This document shows, piece after piece, positions 24,125 through 38,122 of a stretch of DNA of 64,000 nt. The notes below the pieces were generated by a model, which was not told where the DNA came from, did not search any database, and saw nothing but the letters and a program-made list of their open reading frames with translations. The number at the start of each line of letters is the position of its first letter. Within the stretch, counting starts at the first letter, position 1. The DNA is from Macrostomum hystrix (taxonomy: Eukaryota; Animalia; Platyhelminthes): NCBI GenBank assembly GCA_950097015.1, contig CATNEN010000010.1, positions 806,001 through 870,000 on the forward strand, in the 5' to 3' direction. The position numbers were made by a program, and so were the translations under genes.

Positions 24125-24632
24125 TTGAGTGTACCAAGCGAAATCGGTACTGTAGAGCGAGTGTACCAAGTGAAATCAGTACTGGAGAGCGAGTGTACCA
24201 AGCGAAATCGGTACTGTAGAGCGAGTGTACCAAGTGAAATCAGTACTGGAGAGCGAGTGTACCAAGCGAAATCAGTACTGGAGAGCGAGTGTACCAAGCG
24301 AAATCAGTACTGGAGAGCGAGTGTACCAAGCGAAATCAGTACTGGAGAGCGAGTGTACCAAGCGAAATCAGTACTGGAGAGCGAGTGTACCAAGTGAAAT
24401 CAGTACTGGAGAGCGAGTGTACCAAGCGAAATCAGTACTGGAGAGCGAGTGTACCAAGCGAAATCAGTACTGGAGAGCGAGTGTACCAAGCGAAATCAGT
24501 ACTGGAGAGCGAGTGTACCAAGTGAAATCAGTACTGGAGAGCGAGTGTACCAAGCGAAATCAGTACTGGAGAGCGAGTGTACCAAGTGAAATCAGTACTG
24601 GAGAGCGAGTGTACCAAGCGAAATCAGTACTG
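24125..24632. repeat. 32-bp minisatellite (GTGTACCAAGCGAAATCAGTACTGGAGAGCGA)n
   Basis: About 16 head-to-tail copies with no spacers. Confidence 0.95.
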
Positions 24633-25204
24633 GAACTGAAGTTGATAAAGCAAAATGTCTACACAATGCTTCAAAGTCGCGTAATTTTTCCGGCCAACAC
24701 GATGATATCCACCGTGAGAAATGGCCTTCCTAATTAGGAAAAAAGTCGAAAAACTTGGAAGCGACCGTGAAGCCTTGGAAATCCACTTAGCAATAATCCG
24801 GCGAGTTAATCTGGCCCAGCAAGTGCCGAGCAAACAAGGCTAGGCGGATTTTGTGTTTCGCTGTGCCGCGCTGGACTTGGTGTGTCTCAACAGCTCAGCC
24901 AGCTGCCATGGCCAAGTCTTCAGTTGCGACAGAGCTGCGTGACGAATTCATTCTGAGATTAATAATACCAAGCTCGGATATTGGCTGCGGTAAAAGCGGC
25001 CTCACTGCACAAGCGATGCACCATTACGAAAATAAAGGCCGGAATGGAGGTGAGAATATTGGACTGGACAGATGCCACAGGGTGTGCGCTCATCAGAGAT
25101 AAGAATGCAATATTCAGATGGACATGGATCAGGAAAGTCTTAATAAGGCGGGATTGGCAGAATATGAAAATACTAAAAACTTAACTCTATAATTAATTGT
25201 TAAG

Positions 25205-25518
25205 ATCGACTAGCAATCCATTCTGCTCCTTCACCCATGTGATAGACTAGCAATCCATTCTGCTCCTTCATCCATGTGATAGACTAGCAATCCATTCTAT
25301 TCCTTCATCCATGGGATAGACTAGCAATCCATTTAATTCCTTCATCCATGGGATAGACTAGCAATCCATTTAATTCCTTCATCCATGGGATAGACTAGCA
25401 ATCCATTTAATTCCTTCATCCATGGGATAGACTAGCAATCCATTTAATTCCTTCAACCATGGGATAGACTAGCAATCCATTTAATTCCTTCATCCATGGG
25501 ATAGACTAGCAATCCATT
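25205..25518. repeat. 37-bp minisatellite (GATAGACTAGCAATCCATTTAATTCCTTCATCCATGG)n
   Basis: About 8 copies. Confidence 0.93.
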
Positions 25519-26731
25519 AATTTTCCAAGATTCTTTGGATAGTAAAAATTAGTCAAGTTGAAGCCGACAGCAGGTGGTTTCGATGTGCGAATATTTGCCA
25601 TATAAACTACCGCCAGTAAGACGTGTTGTACATAGTTTTTCAAAGCATTGTTAAAGCTATGTAATTCAGCAGCAGTGAACAGATAACATGTGACCTGTAA
25701 GTGACCTTCACGCGTACCCTAGGGTACGTACGCCCGTACTTAAAGTAAAAATAAAACGAATATAAAAATAGTTTGCACCTCAAAGCAACAAATGCGGCTA
25801 ATTTGGTATTGGTACAGTTACGGCTTGCAGTAGTATGCGATAGGAAATAAATAAATAAATAAACAAATAAATAAATAAATAAATAAATAAATAAATACAG
25901 GCATTGCAGAGACCGCCCCAGAACTCTGCCTGAGGCCCGTGAGTCAAGCAAATCAGCAGGACTCAGCTGAAAAAATAGCAGAGAACTGCGGCACAGACCG
26001 GAACTGATTGGTTCTAAAGAGAGGATAATCAATAAGTCCATTCATTGCACTGAGACTTCTGTGGCATTGAAATTAAAAATAAACACAAAATATGGCTACA
26101 AAAGCTATGAGAAATTAATTTATACCTTAAAAAAATGCAGAATGAGCCAATGGGAAGTGAATTGGTTGACATATTTTATCCCAACTGTCACAGCCAGAGG
26201 CTGGGCTGTTTGGGAAATAAAACGAAGCTCAACATTCGATTGAAGAGAATTCGACCTTCAATGTTACCTGACACTTGATTTCTATGAAAAATTTTGATTG
26301 CCGCAACTTAATGTAATCCGAAACGGGATATTCTATTTGAAATGCGGATGCTCGGTTAGAAGTTGGGATATGTGATTTTTAATTGGGATATTTGATTCAA
26401 AAAGGGGATATTTGATGAGAAGTGAGGATAATTAATGGGAAATGGGAAGGGGGATATTTTATTGGGAATATGTGATTTGGACGTCTCATATGGCACAAGG
26501 CATATAATATCCCATATATCTCCCAAGTCTCCCAATAGGGATCTTACTAGGCGACCCAAAAGCCTCCGAATGGGTTGATCAGAGATTAAAGATCTCCAAA
26601 ATGGGGACAATAGATTCAAATCCCACAATGGGATAACGGCTTTGAAAATGTGAGAACGGAACTCCATTGTAAAAAGTGAAACTAGACCAATTCGCAGTTC
26701 AGAGCTGTCTGTGGGAGCCAGACTCAAGCTT

Positions 26732-28649
26732 TCAAAACTCATTCGTCCGCCTGTACGCGCCAGAGGTGACCGCCTCCACCGCTCCGTTGGTTGAAGCCTC
26801 CTCCGCTGTCGCCTCCATCGGTTGCTCGGTCGCCGACGCGGAAGCATCGGACGCACGCGAACCGGCCATCTCAGCCGGCACGTGCTGGTACTTGGCCCGC
26901 TGCTTGCGCCACAGGAGCAGCCGGGGCTGCAGGGAGCCGCCGCCACCGCCGACCCCGCGCTGCACGGGGCTCTCGGGAGCTGCAGAGGCGGCAGCGGCAT
27001 CCGCTGTTGAGGCGCCGGCAGGTGACGGCGAGCCGCCGCCGCGAAGGCTGCGCAGGGAAGCGCGCAGACGGGCCAAGGGGCTGCGGCGGCTCGAAGAAGA
27101 CTGGCCTGGGAAAGCGGGGTTGGAAAGCGGAAGTTTGTCTCGCAACTCGCTTGAAAGCCTCGCGATAGGGATTTTAATGATAATGAGGATACCGGCCTCC
27201 AAATCTTACAATGAGGATAATTGCCTCGAAATCTCCCAATGAGAAAAATAACTTCGATGCATCACACTGAAAACCTTGGCTTTTAAGTGTAAAAAACCTG
27301 CATTCTCTACTGTAAGTAAGCAGCATTGAACTAAACTGTTTTATTAAATGTTAATCATTATATAAGTAGTGCAATTGGTCACATTACGAAATTAATTTCC
27401 TTGTCAGGATTTCACAAAATACGTAAATTTCATTATTTCGTAATTAAATCCTAAAGTATATTGCTAAGATAAAGTTATTTGAATAGCTTTCTAAATAGAA
27501 AATTGATCACAGCTTTCAAAAGCCACGATTGAGCGGAAGGATATTAGCTATTTGGCTGGACGCATGGCTTGTTATAACTGCATTCTTCTAATGGCAAATG
27601 CCTGCCGACTCCACCGCCTTCACATCCTGCTGTCTAGTGCTCGAAACCCAATTATGTCTCATGGATGCTATAAACCCAATTATGTCTCATGGATGCTATC
27701 AACCCAATTATGTCTCATGGATGCTATCAACACAATTATGTCTCATGGATGCTATCAACCCAATTATGTCTCATGGATGCTATCAACCCAATTATGTCTC
27801 ATGGATGTTATCAACCCAATTATCTCATCGATGCTATCAACCCAATTATGTCTCATGGATGCTATCAACCCAATTATGTCTCATGGATGTTATCAACCCA
27901 ATTATGTCTCATGGATGTTATCAACCCAATTATCTCATCGATGCTATCAACCCAATTATGTCTCATGGATGCTATCAACCCAATTATGTCTCATCGATGT
28001 TATCAACCCAATTATGTCTCATGGATGCTATCAACCCAATTATGTCTCATCGATGTTATCAACCCAATTATGTCTCATGGATGCTATCAACCCAATTATG
28101 TCTCATCGATGCTATCAACCCAATTATGTCTCATGGAACTCTAAACCAAACTATGTCGCATGGATGCTATCAATCCAGTGCTGCAAGACCCTCATGGACG
28201 CTATAACCCAATACTAAAGGACCCTCATGGATGCTATAACCCAATACTAAAAGACCCTCATGGACGCTATAACCCCAATACTAAAAGAGCCTCATTGATG
28301 CTATAAACTCAATGCTGAAAGAAGCCACAGGAATTCTGAAGGTCAATGAGCTGATTATCGCATAACTATGACCATGCAGGGAAGATTAGGAGGCTTATTA
28401 TATCAAGCGCTCACCTTTGCCACCAGCGATGAGCCCGGCGCTGGAGCGGGCGGTGGAGTTGGCCTGGTCTCCGGCCGAAATGCCAGACAAGTCGACACCG
28501 TCGGCGGGCGGAATGCCCAGATCGTCATCGTTAATCGATGACGAAGCCACTCCCGCTTGTCCGCAGTCGCCGGCGGCATCGTCTTCTTCGTCATCGATAG
28601 ACGGCAGCTCGTCGGCCACGGAGAAGGCGGCGGCGGAGCAGTCCGAGGT
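26732..28649 (-). CDS. Last two exons of an orphan, low-complexity/disordered protein
   Basis: Exon 28649..28415 (acceptor CCAATCAG, donor GTGAGC, phase 1) joins exon 27105..26732 (acceptor CCCCGCTTTCCCAG), reading ..AGGKG-QSSSSRRSPLARL..RRTNEF*. Upstream exons unresolved. Confidence 0.6.
27645..28140. repeat. 28-bp intronic minisatellite (ATCAACCCAATTATGTCTCATGGATGCT)n
   Basis: About 17 copies; a related 32-bp unit x3 follows at ~28190-28300. Confidence 0.93.
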
Positions 28650-31600
28650 CTGATTGGCTGGCGGAGGTAGGGTTGTTGTTGGGATTGAAGTAAAAATTAA
28701 AGTTGAATGAAAATAAGGACATTATAGCGAAATTTTCATTAAAGCTTTACGATCCTCTTTAGTCGTGTTTGTGCATTATTTTTAAACAAAGCATTTTGAT
28801 ATTTTCCTGTCTGTGCTTAGATGCTTATGACATTAACAAATGGTTATTGCGTCTAGCTCGAAACTACACACTAAACACGTAATCTCAGCGCCAGGGTTGG
28901 CAACCTTCGACCCGCAAAAAAGCACTTCAAATTGGCCTCTTTAGAAGTGCTTAGCTTGTCCTCTTCCTACACTCCTTTCACTTCTCTCTCATCTACTGTG
29001 AGTCTAATTTTTATTCTTGTCTCTAGCTTCCAGCGTCTTATGTATTATTCAGTTTCCTCTTTTTTGTTCATCGATTCTTGCAATGCATTCTTTTGTTGCA
29101 ACTCTTCTTCTGTCTTATGTATTCTTGCACCACTCGACTGTCGAAACGACCCGTTGTTTCAATGCGTGTTAGGTTACGAGCTACTGCCACTGTTCGAATG
29201 TGTCGTTTGGAAAACTTAGAAAATAAGCCTGGAAAAGCTTTAACTGGGTATTAGCAACACTCCGCTGCCGACGACTGGTTATTAATCTAGACTCGGGAGC
29301 TTTACGGAACGTCAAATGACACTGCTTACCAAGTTAGACAAGTTTGATCAGGAATAATATGGCCATAGCTAGCTAGTTAGTACGTAATAAACTTATATTG
29401 CCATGCTTTTACATTTCACAGCTTTTAAAGAGCTCATTGAGTGGGCAAACTTAAAGCAATAGAAGTGGGGGGCAGTCTCTTTTGGATGCTACACCAGAAT
29501 GAGTCACATTAATTTACATTAGACCAACTCAAGCGCGTTCTCACACATACCTAGAAAGTCTGTACTCAATCTTACTAAGGAAAAAGAAACGTGCTACAAA
29601 AATAATGAGTTCTCATCTAATGTGACATGTTGTTCTTTTCATGTTGGTTAATCCCTGTGCACAATGACTGGCTGCACAAGCCCAGGTCAAACAGCATCAT
29701 GACGTCTGGAAAGACTTGTTCTTGTATTTTTCGCTGCCATAAATCTAACATTATTAGCATCCGAATTTATCTTACTCTACAGCCGCCTTGTAGTTGTAGT
29801 ATCTCTAAAGGCAGAAGCGTGATGAATGAATCATTATCACGAATGAATAATAATCAGACTGTGTATTAAAAAACAGTCAGCCTAGCTAACAAAAGTAGGC
29901 AAAACAACGGGTGCGAAAGACAAAAGAATGCGGCAAGCTGCAGAAAAGGCCGGGCCGCTTACCAGCCGCATTAGAAAATAAGAAATAGCAAAATGAAAGA
30001 TTTACGACTTCAAAAATGAATAAGATAGTGATGATGGCTCAGGCAGGCGTGGCGGCGGTGTTCTGACAGTCGTGGCGGAGCACCCTCTCAACGGAAATTG
30101 GACTGTTCTATGCACGTTTTTCCGAAGTCAGAATGTCACAGAGTGAATTAAATGGTGTTAATTTTGGATGCTTTGTGTTTGTTTATTGACTGATCCTTCC
30201 CCAGTCCTCCAGGACAGGCACTAGCCGTTTATATTTTTCGACTCATCAATTCAGTGAGTCTGGCGTTAATGCCAACTCCAGTGCTAGAATGCTTTGAAAA
30301 CTAAACCAGGTGAGCAATTTAGCGTCACCGCTTGTTGACAACCAAAGAGATTCGAAAAGCTTCGATGAGCTTTATAAAATTCTGAAGCGTTTATTATCCC
30401 CACTCATTCACTGGATGAACGTTCCTTGCATCAACTGCTGAGGACCTCGCATAGATTTTCAAGCATCTAACCTTGCATAGACTCGGACTAGCAACTGTTA
30501 ACTTGCGTACTCGCATATGCTTCTTCGATACCATTTCTAATATCATGATTCTGACTGCCTTCCTTTTCCACTCCAATAAGCTCATTTGAAGCATCTCACA
30601 TCTCTCCTCCACCGGTCTCAGGAACGGAGAGTCGAGTTTGATCAAGACCCCAAGGGACACCTTTCTGCTTCATGAAGATCTGCCATCATTGCTGACTCTC
30701 ACATCGGCTTACAAAGTTTTATATTTGATAGACTCATAGGTCAGAGAACTTTTTAAGCCTTAAAAATTGCAGGCCAATATTCTGCAAAATTATGAGCGCA
30801 GTCAACAAACTATTATAATCAATGTAGCACTGCATGGTTCCAGGGCATGCAAAATACCGTTATGGTTTATCGCAAAGAGAAATCTTAGTTAATTTGCTCT
30901 AGCAAATTGCTTAAGTTTTAGGGTAAAAAAGTAAAACAGTAGAGAAAGAATTGGAAACTGCGCAGAGAAACTGTCTATATCTAATTCATTAACAGTCTGG
31001 CTCGAACAGGGCGCACCGGTGGCCTGGCAACAGCCTAAACATGCTTGGAGGAAGCAACCATAAAAAGGTTCGCTACTTAAAAAGCATGCAGTTAAAAAGC
31101 GCTTATGATATGGCCGGACTGGTGGGCCAACTGTGTGAAGTATTTTACGCCCACACTAAGGCCAGGAAACTGCCTAGCTGAAGTCTGGTCAGAGAAGCAA
31201 TAGATGAAATCTGATTAATAGCAACCAAATGTTTGATCCAACCAATTCCTGAACGATGATGCTTGAAACCATTGCCGGTGAATAATTAAATGATGGCTGA
31301 GACAAAGACTATAAAATGTCTGCTACGGACAAAGACCCGTGCAAAGGTATTTTGGTAGTCAGCTGGGAAGTACTGGGAAGCCGATGTGAGGGCCGAGTGT
31401 TTATGGAAATAGTGTGGAAATAGGCAAGGAAATATTGAACTAGAAACTAGATATTTCTATATTTAGATCTCCTTGAAATAGGCCTGGGACCGGGTGTGAC
31501 TCACTCGGCTGCTACTGGGGTCGTATCTTGAAGAATTTATTTGTAAAGCACAGCAAAGTGTGAATATGAATAGCGGAAAAGCCGACAGGTTCAGTGGACT

Positions 31601-32705
31601 TTTAGCTTAGAATCCCAGACTCATTATCCTTGCACGGCGGTCCTGACCGATCTGAGCTGATCTGCCCAGCTTAGCAATAAATCAATCGATTTGAGCTCCA
31701 CACGATCAGATCTTCACCCCGCATCTCTCTTTCTCCAACTGCTCCCAGGCAGTTTGCTCACCACCCAGTGGATGGCGCAAGATTAAAAGGGAAAGTCCAC
31801 TCTCAAAGCTCATTATAGGAATGCTTATAGAAATAGCTCTGCTCCTATTGGCTGAGGCTCAATCAGCCAACACAATAACAAACCTACAATAAATAGAAGA
31901 AACGCAGAACTGAAGCTTTAATGCACCGCTGTACAAAGCACGTATTAACTGCAATAGAGATTCACTGTGTCTGCTGGCTTTTGAATATAAGCCTATAAAA
32001 CGATTCCTCAAGACTGGTATGCGATATTTATTACTTTTATAATAATTAACTAGTACGCGTCTCGTGTACTCAACAAGACTTATTAAAACATTATACGAGC
32101 TACAATCTTAAGGTACGCTCGTGGATAATCAAACAGGAATTCCAGCCGATTGTTGATTTCATACCCAAAATACATCTAATCACACATTGATAGCGCCATA
32201 GTCAAGAAAAACCCACCTGGACAGGTGCACTAATTAAGTCGTAAATCAAAATTCTAGACAAGGCTTCAACCTAAAGCCTGGCGGACTAAAGACCAGTTTG
32301 ATCTGATAAACATGTTATATGAGCTTCGGCGCCATTTTCCCAGTTTAGACAGCAGAGACAGCAAAGCAGCTGAACTTGCTTACTTGGGCTACAAAATGTT
32401 CTCGCACACAAACATGAATGCACATAAAAACATTCGATTGCTATTCTCGATTAGACATAGTTACGCTGGGAATAAAGCAACGCTTTTTAATGCTTCCAAG
32501 TCAATACAGTTCGATCTTTATGACGCAAAAAATAATTTTTTATAAAGAGGCTAGAATACTTTTGAGTCTGCAAAGGAAAATTTGGCACTAAGTAAACGCC
32601 TTTGACACTTTTTAATTGCCTCAACTTGCGAAGCTTGAATTCTTTACGGTTGAATTTTCATTCACCCAATTAAAGTATAATTGAAATACACAAATTTATT
32701 CACAG

Positions 32706-34223
32706 ATGGAGTCAAACACGCAGCTACCAATTTCTAAGATTTTGATTCTGCTGCTAATCACCATGCTGCTGGTTTCAGCTCGGTCGATCGACAGCCTCTC
32801 AATGAAAGATGACAATGCCTCAAATGTGATTTGCGTGGACTGTCGACTCTACCAGTGCGTCGGACCGGGCCATCCAGTGCTGCTGGACTGCCGGCCGGGC
32901 GCAGAGGCCAACTATGCCAAGCTGGGCTATGCATACCGACGCCTGGCGCTGCTGCTAATGCCGCCGAAGACCGCTGGCGACCGACCAGTCTGGACGTTGG
33001 ACTCTAACAGCACGGAGATAAACATTTTGCCGGCCGGGGCATTCGAAAACCTGGCTGAGAAGCTGACCTCGGGTCATCTCATCTCACTAAAGCATCTGCG
33101 GCAGCCGCAGCTTGACCTGACTGCTCTGGCCAAACTGCCGCAACTGCGCCATCTGGAGGTGGCGGACTCAAATGTCACTTGCCTGAAACAGGGCCAGTTC
33201 GACTCGGCGCCAAAGCTGGTCAGCTTGCAGCTGGTGGAGAACCACGATCTGGAATGCATCCAAACGGATGCCCTGGCAACTCTGGCACACCTAACCAAAC
33301 TCAGCATTCTGCGCAGTCCGCGCTTGAAGTCGCTCAGTGGCGCAGCCACCGCGCCAGCTCTGACCAGCCTGCGGTTAGGAATGCTTGAACTCCCAGGTGG
33401 TGCCCTTTGCAGATTGCGTCACATTCGTCAGCTTCGCCTGAGCGAGATGCCAAAGGACCCGCAGCTGCTGGCCGGGCTAGAAAGCTTGCGCAGTCTGTAT
33501 GTCGACGCTGAAACTGACCTGTCATGGACTGTGGTCGGACTGTCGCCCGCCGCGTGCGCCCAGTGGCCAGACGGCCAACTGCTGCTGAACGGCATCAGCT
33601 TGGCCACTATTACGCTGATCTTTCTCTCGCAGGACTTCAGCCAGTTTTGCAATGTCAACGGGCAGGACAACGCCACGTTCATGCAGCTGTGCGCCTCGGA
33701 AACTAAGACTGCCGATAACTGCTATAATAGCTGCCAGGTAAACGGTTCTACGCCTGTACCTTTAATTTCATCGACTTCTTCGCCAATGGGAATAGAAGTT
33801 TCAGAGCCGGTGTTCGCGGCCGCAGCGGCAGCTGATGCCATGAACCCGACTATAGCTGTCAAAGGCGAAGACAGTGACACCAAATCAACTTCTGGCGTAG
33901 TCTGGAATATCGATCAGCACGGTGTCCTGGGCACAGTTTTGCTCACCGCGGGCGCCTTTCTTGGCGGAGTCCTGGCGGCCGCCCTTTTCTGTAGCTCTCG
34001 TCGGCTTGGCGGCGGAGGCCTGAAGCCTTCCATCATGGAATCCATGGGCAGCTATGGTGGCGCCGTGCCAACTGTCTCCATCAATGGAATCGGCGGTAGC
34101 TGCAGTAACAGCAGCAGCGGCACTCGTTGCAATCTGCCATCGCTGAACGAAGACGAGCCGATTCGGCTGATTGGATACTCGGTCAAGGCGAGCTCTTTGC
34201 AACCGCCAGTGGAGATGATTTAA
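32706..34223 (+). CDS. Single-exon leucine-rich-repeat type I transmembrane protein (505 aa)
   Basis: Signal peptide (ILILLLITMLLVSA), Cys cap, LRRs (LAKLPQLRHLEVADSNVTCL; LATLAHLTKLSI; LAGLESLRSLYV), Ser/Thr stalk, TM segment VLGTVLLTAGAFLGGVLAAALFC, short cytoplasmic tail. ATG immediately preceded by TTATTCACAG. Confidence 0.88.
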   Translation: MESNTQLPISKILILLLITMLLVSARSIDSLSMKDDNASNVICVDCRLYQCVGPGHPVLLDCRPGAEANYAKLGYAYRRLALLLMPPKTAGDRPVWTLDSNSTEINILPAGAFENLAEKLTSGHLISLKHLRQPQLDLTALAKLPQLRHLEVADSNVTCLKQGQFDSAPKLVSLQLVENHDLECIQTDALATLAHLTKLSILRSPRLKSLSGAATAPALTSLRLGMLELPGGALCRLRHIRQLRLSEMPKDPQLLAGLESLRSLYVDAETDLSWTVVGLSPAACAQWPDGQLLLNGISLATITLIFLSQDFSQFCNVNGQDNATFMQLCASETKTADNCYNSCQVNGSTPVPLISSTSSPMGIEVSEPVFAAAAAADAMNPTIAVKGEDSDTKSTSGVVWNIDQHGVLGTVLLTAGAFLGGVLAAALFCSSRRLGGGGLKPSIMESMGSYGGAVPTVSINGIGGSCSNSSSGTRCNLPSLNEDEPIRLIGYSVKASSLQPPVEMI

Positions 34224-37087
34224 GGGCCAACAGCTAAATCGCATGTATCTTAACTACCCAGCATAGCTGGCTTCTAAGGCTCACTTACAATGCCATTAAA
34301 CGAGGCCAAAACACATGATTTTACCTCCTTTGTCGGTGGTGGCGGCAATTGAGATCATTTATATGAACTTTACATAAATATGCACCAAAAACGAGTCGTT
34401 TTATGGCAGTGTGAATGAGTCTTTAGAGGTTCAATAAAAGGTGTACAGTTCTCTTATGCTGTGCAACATGATAAGAAACCTGCATCGATATAACCTCAAA
34501 TTCATGACCTGCTGACTAAGCTATGATACAGCTATTGATTACATACTTGGTACTGAATGAAATTTTAGCCGCCAAGTTCGTAACAAATCTAGATTGTTTA
34601 GGAAAAATCCCGGCATCATTCGCACTTTCGGAATGCTTGTCAACTAGAAAACAATCCCAACTTAAATTGTATGCATCGAGTAACTCCCCGCAAACAGACG
34701 ATTTCATATTGTTTCTAAGCGCTTTTGCAGTTACATTTTCGTCAAACAGAAATGTTAGCTACTATGAGTACACATGCATGAGACTATGCTTTTTTACTGA
34801 TGTCTACAATACTCGCTTGTTGTTAACAAAGTGGCGAAAAAAATATAGTAAAAGGCGAATTTCACGATTTTTTCTTTTTGATTAAATAATTAGTTTAAGG
34901 ATTGCACATAAAAATCTAGCCTTTACATTTTTCTCGTGCTGCGTCAGCACGTCAGCCTTTCTAAGCTGATAGATGTGTATGCGCACCCTGTCCGTGTAGC
35001 AATCTATTTCTTGGAAATTGCTGTCAGGAATGACTAGAATCTGGTAGGCTGACTTTGACACAGAAGACTAGGCTTAAGTCCACACCGTACATGTCTGGCC
35101 TCATCAGCAGCACCCTAGAGAAGCAGAATACTCGATTTTTTAATTTCTCATGCAGAAGCTGATATCGCTACAAGCTTAACATTCCCAATCCACCGCCCGC
35201 TGCACAGGAAGGAATCTTGGTGGGCGAGTTTTCACTTGGGCTTTTGTGCTGCCAGCTTATTGTTTGCTTTTGAAAGAAGCTGGGCTAAAGCGGATGCGGT
35301 TGCGCATGAGGACTGTAAGTCTTCAAATGGGCAAAATGTTTCGGAATTCTTGTTTCTTTTGCACTCGTACATGCATTCTGTAAATGTGACAACAAGTTTT
35401 AGGGTGTGAAATACTTGTTCATAAATTCAGAATTGTACTAATAGCAAGTACATAAGATTTAAGGATGCAGTTTTCGATTTAGGCGGAGAGAGCAAGAGGT
35501 GGAGAGAGTGTGCTGATCACAATGATAACTACAAAGGATGACTGGCTGAGCTGCAGAAAGCACTGGCTGTCACACTGCTAAAGACTACCTTTTGAGACAA
35601 AGAGAGATCAATGGAGAAATACCTTGTGGGCATTCATCGATTCTCGCAGTGCTGAAATCTGAAGTAGCAGCTGTTTATCGATCCGAATTCTTTTCAGAGC
35701 AATAATCTAGTTTGAATCGTTAAAGAATGGAAAACTAATTTAAACGAACATCTCCCACTCAGCAATACGGGGTCAGGACGGCCAACTTTTTGTGCATTGA
35801 ACTTGAAAATGAGCTGCGGTCGATAGAAGAAAAGTTATGGTAGCCGTCGGTTGACTCTGCGCATCAAAGAGCAGTACTCGCGTCTAAACTATGCTGGCCT
35901 CCATTTGCATTAGACTCGGCGAGTCGCAATTTGTTTGCGAATGCAAATGCCGCCTCAGTAACGGTTAGCGATGAAGCGAAACAGCGACTTCCTGCTGGAC
36001 TCGCCCTCAAAGCCTTACAATGCTATGCAGTTTAAGAAGGCTGCACAGCAGACGTGGCCAAAAGACCCGAGTCACTGAGAGTCCTCTCTTTACAATGAGA
36101 TTTCAGGCCACTTATTTTTTATGCGACGCACCCAAAACAAAGCAGGAAGAGTCTATCAGAGTTTAAAAGTACAACTAAGATAGCAGAGCATTTGCATCTA
36201 GGAAAAGCAGCCTGAATGAAGAAGCAATGCAAAATTGGAAGCTGACAAATCCATATAACGAAGCAATCATCTGTTAATCGACGATTTTTGTTAACAAATC
36301 ATACTGTCTGTCAATATTGTCAAGAGGTCAAGATTGATGTCTGTCAACCTGTCAAGATTCAGACTTTACTTAAGGAAACAGAATTAGGTCTGAATAGACG
36401 AGTATCTAATCAACCTATGAAATAGATTCGTTAGCTATTTTAACCAAAATTTTCTCAATAGTACTACTACTATTATTAACAGTAGCGTACTCGAATTGAG
36501 GATCTGGGATGGTCGAAGATACTAGATTAATTTGAGAATAGGATATTCAAAGTTAGAAACTCAACTTCAGTATTTTGGATTTGAAGATGAGGACTTTACT
36601 CAAGGGAATGGGACCCCGCGTCTGCTTACTGACATGGGATACATGAGATATCGCCATAAACTTGACGAGAAATCATGAGGACAAAATGCTTTAAAGACAC
36701 TTTCGTAGCAAAATAAAACGATTGGCATTGATTGGCAGCGCACTGCAAGATTGTCCACTTTATTTTCGATAAGAGCACGCAGCATTTGAAATAAAAAATG
36801 AAACAGAAGCAATAATCAGCGCAAGTACAATAGGGCAGACCTGAAGCAAAATTGTCAAAATGGTAATTAAAAAATGCGACACACTCACTACTACTAGTGT
36901 GGAGAGAGCATAATCGACATATATTAAAACAAAAAGAATTAATACGAAAAGAATCCAATTTGGAACAGCGGATAAAAATCAAGCGCCATCACATGGAATC
37001 AACGGTAGAGAATTGCTGCAATAGTTGGTGAATGTGCTGGAAAGATCAGCGATTTCGCATCCCTGTCCTTCAGAAGCAAAAGAATAG

Positions 37088-38122
37088 TCAGACTGAATAA
37101 TTTGCGCGCCGGTTTGTTGGCGGCGCTCTTCGGAGCGGCGAGGCATCTTCAGCGCCGTCGGCGGCAGCGGCGGCTGAGGCCTTCAACCAGAGCCGGACAC
37201 GTTGTGTTGTCGGCGACTCGGTGGAGGAGGCAGAGGCGACCGGCCCAAACGAGAGCGACGCGGATGACGTCGAGGATGTCAGAGAGGGCGCAGCTGCACC
37301 GGCAGCAGCAGCGGAAGTTGGAGGCTGCCGCAGCGGCCTGGCCAGACGGTCGCAAAGTTTGTCGCAGAGCAACTCGGGGGTCAGCCACCGTCGGGCGTCG
37401 TCAGACAGCAGGCCACCCTCGGACAGGACTTCCAGAGCTAGGCAGCAGACTTGCAGAAGGCCCAGCATCCGTTGAGGCTGCAGAGGCTGCGGTGGCGGCG
37501 GGGGCTGCGGCTGTAGCTCAGAAAGCGGCTCCGACCTGGCGAGAGGAGCATGAGGCCCCTGCTGATGCTCGTCGCCATCTTCGCTGTGCAAGATGCGCAT
37601 CCGCGGAGCCTGAAGGTCGCGCGAAGACGGCGAAACATCTGGCTGCGACTCGGAGTCGCCAGGGGCCGAATCGTCATTGTCAGTCCCATCATCCAGCAGA
37701 ATGGACGGAATGCTGGAGCCGGTGGCGCCCTCAGCGGCCACAGCATCGGCAATCGCCAATTCGGAGACAGATGAAGACGACAAGCTATCCTCGGCACCGT
37801 TCTTGGCGTCTTCGGTGTTGTTGTTGACGGCGGAGACGCCGGAGAGTAGGCTTAGCTTGGCATTATTGAGCTTCTCGCTCAGGCGGCCAGAGAAGTCGTT
37901 GCTAGAAGCTGTGTGGACCTCCTGGTCGAGGCCAGACTCCTGCATCATAGTGCTGCTCAGCAGCGGCGCCCGCCGAGTCCGTCGATCGGGCAGCATCAGC
38001 AGAAGATCGAATGGCGGCTGGTCAAGCTGGGGCAGCTGCAGCAGCGAGGTCCGGCTGTCCTCCAGGCGAGGCAGCTCGATGTCAGCTTCATCCTCAATGC
38101 TGCTGCTGCTGTGCCGTGACAT
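37088..38122 (-). CDS. Orphan acidic/Ser-rich disordered protein exon (344 aa ORF)
   Basis: Long GC-rich ORF in AT-rich surroundings; short helical/Cys patch (LLQVCCLALEVL..WLTPELLCDKLCDRL); no family recognised. Confidence 0.6.
   Translation of the reverse strand: MSRHSSSSIEDEADIELPRLEDSRTSLLQLPQLDQPPFDLLLMLPDRRTRRAPLLSSTMMQESGLDQEVHTASSNDFSGRLSEKLNNAKLSLLSGVSAVNNNTEDAKNGAEDSLSSSSVSELAIADAVAAEGATGSSIPSILLDDGTDNDDSAPGDSESQPDVSPSSRDLQAPRMRILHSEDGDEHQQGPHAPLARSEPLSELQPQPPPPPQPLQPQRMLGLLQVCCLALEVLSEGGLLSDDARRWLTPELLCDKLCDRLARPLRQPPTSAAAAGAAAPSLTSSTSSASLSFGPVASASSTESPTTQRVRLWLKASAAAAADGAEDASPLRRAPPTNRRANYSV

Noticed and set aside
24125-25518. 32- and 37-bp repeats of CRISPR-like length with an internal palindrome
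   Set aside because: Head-to-tail with no unique spacers, no cas genes, eukaryotic context; the same applies to the 34-bp array
28887-29110. hAT-like terminus CAGGGTTGGCAACCTTCGACCCGC
   Set aside because: No matching right end or TSD found; too degenerate to delimit
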